From contig JBHGNT010000005.1 in NCBI GenBank assembly GCA_043228905.1, positions 3,906,001 to 3,970,000 on the forward strand: a stretch of 64,000 nucleotides of DNA, in the 5' to 3' direction. The DNA comes from Azolla caroliniana (Eukaryota > Plantae > Polypodiophyta). Of this stretch, positions 61,801 to 64,000 are shown in pieces (the first letter of the stretch is position 1; the number at the start of each line of letters is the position of its first letter). Both the position numbers and the translations under genes were made by a program. Below the pieces are notes generated by a model. That model searched no databases. It was not told where the DNA came from and worked only from the letters and a program-made list of their open reading frames with translations.

Positions 61801-63448
61801 GCACAGGTACAATAAACTAGGAATAAGAGGGAATATCTTGGAAAAGGTGGAAGAGAGAGAAGGCATTTAATGCGTTGCAAATTCTAGAGAGAGAAAGCAT
61901 TTAAAGAGTTGTAGATTCTAGAGAGAGAAGAATCTAGGAAAAGAGAGAATGTAGAAGATAAATAATAAAGATGAAAGAGAGTGCAGGTCTGGAGCTGCCA
62001 CCCTCCAACAAGGAGCTCGCCATGCAAGAGGAGATCAAAGCACTCCATGAGAATAACACATGGGAGCTTGTGGAGCTACCCAAAGGTAAAAGGGCTATAC
62101 CCAACAAGTGGGTCTAAAAGGTAAAGACTCTAGAAGGTAAACCCAAGTATAAGGCTCATTTAGTAGCCAAAGGGTACAAACAAATACAAGGAATTGATTT
62201 TCAGGAGGTTTTTGCTATTTCAGCCTTATTGGATTTGGAGCTGTATCAAATGGATGTAAAGACGGTTTTCCTTCATGGTAGCCTAGATGAGGAACTTTAT
62301 ACATTGCAGCCTGAAGGGTTCCCGATTCCAGGAAAAGAGCATTTAGTTTGTAAACTTTGACACAGTCTTTATGGGCTAAAACAATCCCCACGTCTTTGGT
62401 AGAAGAAATTTTATTCTTATGTATGAATGCTATTTCTAAGTATATGTAGGACTGTGTGTATGCTACATGTTCCTTTTTTATTTCCTTATGCTAGTGGGGA
62501 AATGTACAAATAATAAAATTTGCAGAAGGTTAAGTAATGCACATCAGGAACATGTATTAGATATCAACACTCACAAGAGTTCTACAGTTGATAACGAGAA
62601 TGGTATCTATAGTTGAAATATTGCAGATTTACTGCAGAGACAGATCACACACCTTTATACCATTGACGATTGAATATGGATCTTCAGTCTCAGGTTGCAA
62701 ATTATAGTCCACAAGCAAAGTCATAAGTGAAGACATGTGTGAACGAATGTCCTGATTTGCACTCTTGAACATAGAAAGGAGGAAGTTTAGTGAATCATGA
62801 GAAAGCCAGATGTGCCAATCTTGGACAATAATAATTTAAAGCTGAGAAATATCCTGAAACAGAAATAATATAATATTTCCAGCCTGGCAAGAAATTACCC
62901 AAATTTCAGATTTTAGCCTTGCATTCTCCTCCACAAGTGCTGGTTTTTCTATAAGTTCTTCCTGATATTTCTCAATAGTCTGAAGAGGAAAAGGTGATAA
63001 GAAATCTGGTGAATAATTTGTTAGACAAAGAGACAAAGATTCTAAAGTTAGTAACAGACCTGTCTCAGTTCATGAATCCTTCTTTGCAAAAATTGGTTTT
63101 CATGCACTAATTCGATTTCCTGTAGACGAGACACAGAGAATTTCATTGGGCAGTCCGAATCACAAATGATGAAACTTACAGATGAAAGAAAGTTATGATC
63201 TTCATGCAATACTTTTGACATAGCATCTGTCAGTTGTCTTTTTAATTGTTTAATCTCCTCCTGATGTTTAAGGGTGCTCGGGATAAGTTCCTATAAAATG
63301 AAATTAGGAATTAGTTTTCTCATGTAAGGTTCTGAAGAGGTCATAAAAATATATTAAATGGTAGCTTTCTGATAATACCTGCCAATTCCGCAGGTTTCCA
63401 TGAGCCCCTGGTTGCATTCTTGAATCAAATTCTCCTTCTCTGCTGGCC
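49842..63448 (-). CDS. Coiled-coil + AIR9-like Ig (A9) + PH-like domain protein (Arabidopsis At5g08440/At5g23490-like); 5' end not resolved
   Basis: Spliced exons: 63379-63448, ~63180/63213-63290 ([13 protein letters not shown]), 63060-63119, 62899-62979 (VEENARL), 62653-62763 ([24 protein letters not shown]) and 53055-53081 (MLVQHLREE). Twelve more exons run from ~52787 to 49842: [78 protein letters not shown], and stop 49842-49844. Family assignment is from motif recall. Confidence 0.8.
54468..54908. mobile_element. MITE with CGGTT/AACCG subterminal repeats (hAT-like), within the presumed Copia 5' LTR
   Basis: Imperfect TIR taaaaatcga/ccgattgtta, flanked by a 5-bp direct repeat cttca. Confidence 0.6.
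56579..56819. mobile_element. Solo LTR (241 bp) in the Copia integrase
   Basis: TGTTAC...GTAACA with a perfect 5-bp TSD atttg. Removing it restores [12 protein letters not shown]. Confidence 0.9.
59761..59817 (+). mobile_element. Extremely 5'-truncated (~55 bp) copy of the RTE-like LINE 3' end
   Basis: tcttataggccgttttggactcttaaaagacgttaaaatttctttctttc matches the reverse complement of ~18785-18840. It is flanked by ttcttttc repeats. Confidence 0.7.
61067..61350 (-). mobile_element. hAT-type MITE (284 bp) in the nested Copia
   Basis: Termini CATAGT...ACTGTG with TSD gataaaac/gatgaaac. It is the reverse-complement homolog of 12673-12910. Confidence 0.8.
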
Positions 63449-64000
63449 CTAATTAATTACATCAGTAATAACAGGTGAGTTAACAAAATAATTCAATTGG
63501 AATTCAGGAATGGACAGCCAATAATTAGCATATCACATTACAAGACATTCTAATTACAAAAGATATCAAAGAAATAAGTATAGCTTCCTCTGTAATTATA
63601 ACAGGATAACACAAAAAAGACTTCGAACTTCTTGACTTCATTCATCATTTTACATTTCAAAACAGAAAATTGGGTTCTATTTCCCTCATCCAAAACACCA
63701 TTTTACAAGTGAAAACAGCATGTGAGTTCTATACTCCAAACCCTAGCACAAAATATACTTTTTTATACCTCTAATATCATTCTATCGTTCTCCTCTATCC
63801 AGGAATCTCTTTGGAGACATTGCACATAATCTGGCTAAAGACATGACTGTTTGATTTTCAATTAGCAAAATTTACAGTATACATTTTGTATTATTCGGTC
63901 TACCTTTCATTGGAAACACCTGAGTGTTACTGGACTATTATTATGGTTCCCACAATTAAAAAATTTAATTAACAACCCCTGCAGACTAACCTGGCAGTTG

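Larger units (their letters stand above)
57759..62010 (-). mobile_element. Nested, two-LTR degenerate Ty1/Copia in opposite orientation
   Basis: LTRs at 57759-58190 and 61685-62010 (TG...CA), TSD gggag/aggag, PBS tggtattagagc (61673-61684, minus) and PPT beside 58191. [34 protein letters not shown] and [25 protein letters not shown]. Gag and part of INT are deleted; there is a ~93-bp internal duplication at ~60450-60635. Confidence 0.92.
54958..62420 (+). mobile_element. Degenerate Ty1/Copia in the 9.6-kb intron; host of further insertions
   Basis: tRNA-iMet PBS tggtatcagagc at 54958. Motifs include gag ([24 protein letters not shown]), [12 protein letters not shown] and [12 protein letters not shown]. 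The [25 protein letters not shown] resumes at ~62016 and is truncated at ~62420. The 5' LTR probably lies within ~53.9-54.95 kb (start not resolved). Confidence 0.88.

Overview
Eukaryotic, AT-rich plant nuclear DNA. The Tcn1-like chromovirus, RTE-like and L1-like LINEs and TE-filled introns suggest a non-seed plant, probably a fern (inference). 1-8.3 kb is a nest of retroelements: a Ty3/Gypsy chromovirus inside a Ty1/Copia inside an L1-type LINE. Three host genes are present: a 15-exon ANTH/ENTH clathrin-assembly (PICALM/AP180-like) gene (+, 15078-25932), an intronless PORR-domain organellar RNA-binding gene (+, 27365-28663), and a multi-exon coiled-coil + AIR9-like Ig (A9) + PH-like gene (-, >=63448 to 49842) whose 9.6-kb intron holds nested Copia elements. 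The block 14945-52737 is a tandem triplication, eroded by microhomology-bounded deletions. Its breakpoints fuse the antisense ANTH 5'UTR in frame to the 3' half of the minus-strand gene, giving two candidate chimeric genes: one with every exon and splice site intact, and one with a duplicated Ig domain. Other notable items are a tRNA-like Pol III promoter at the start of the Gypsy LTR, a 72-bp duplication that preserves ANTH exon 3 around a microsatellite-associated LINE array, two GC-AG introns and several hAT MITEs with TSDs. All calls are by eye, without database searches.
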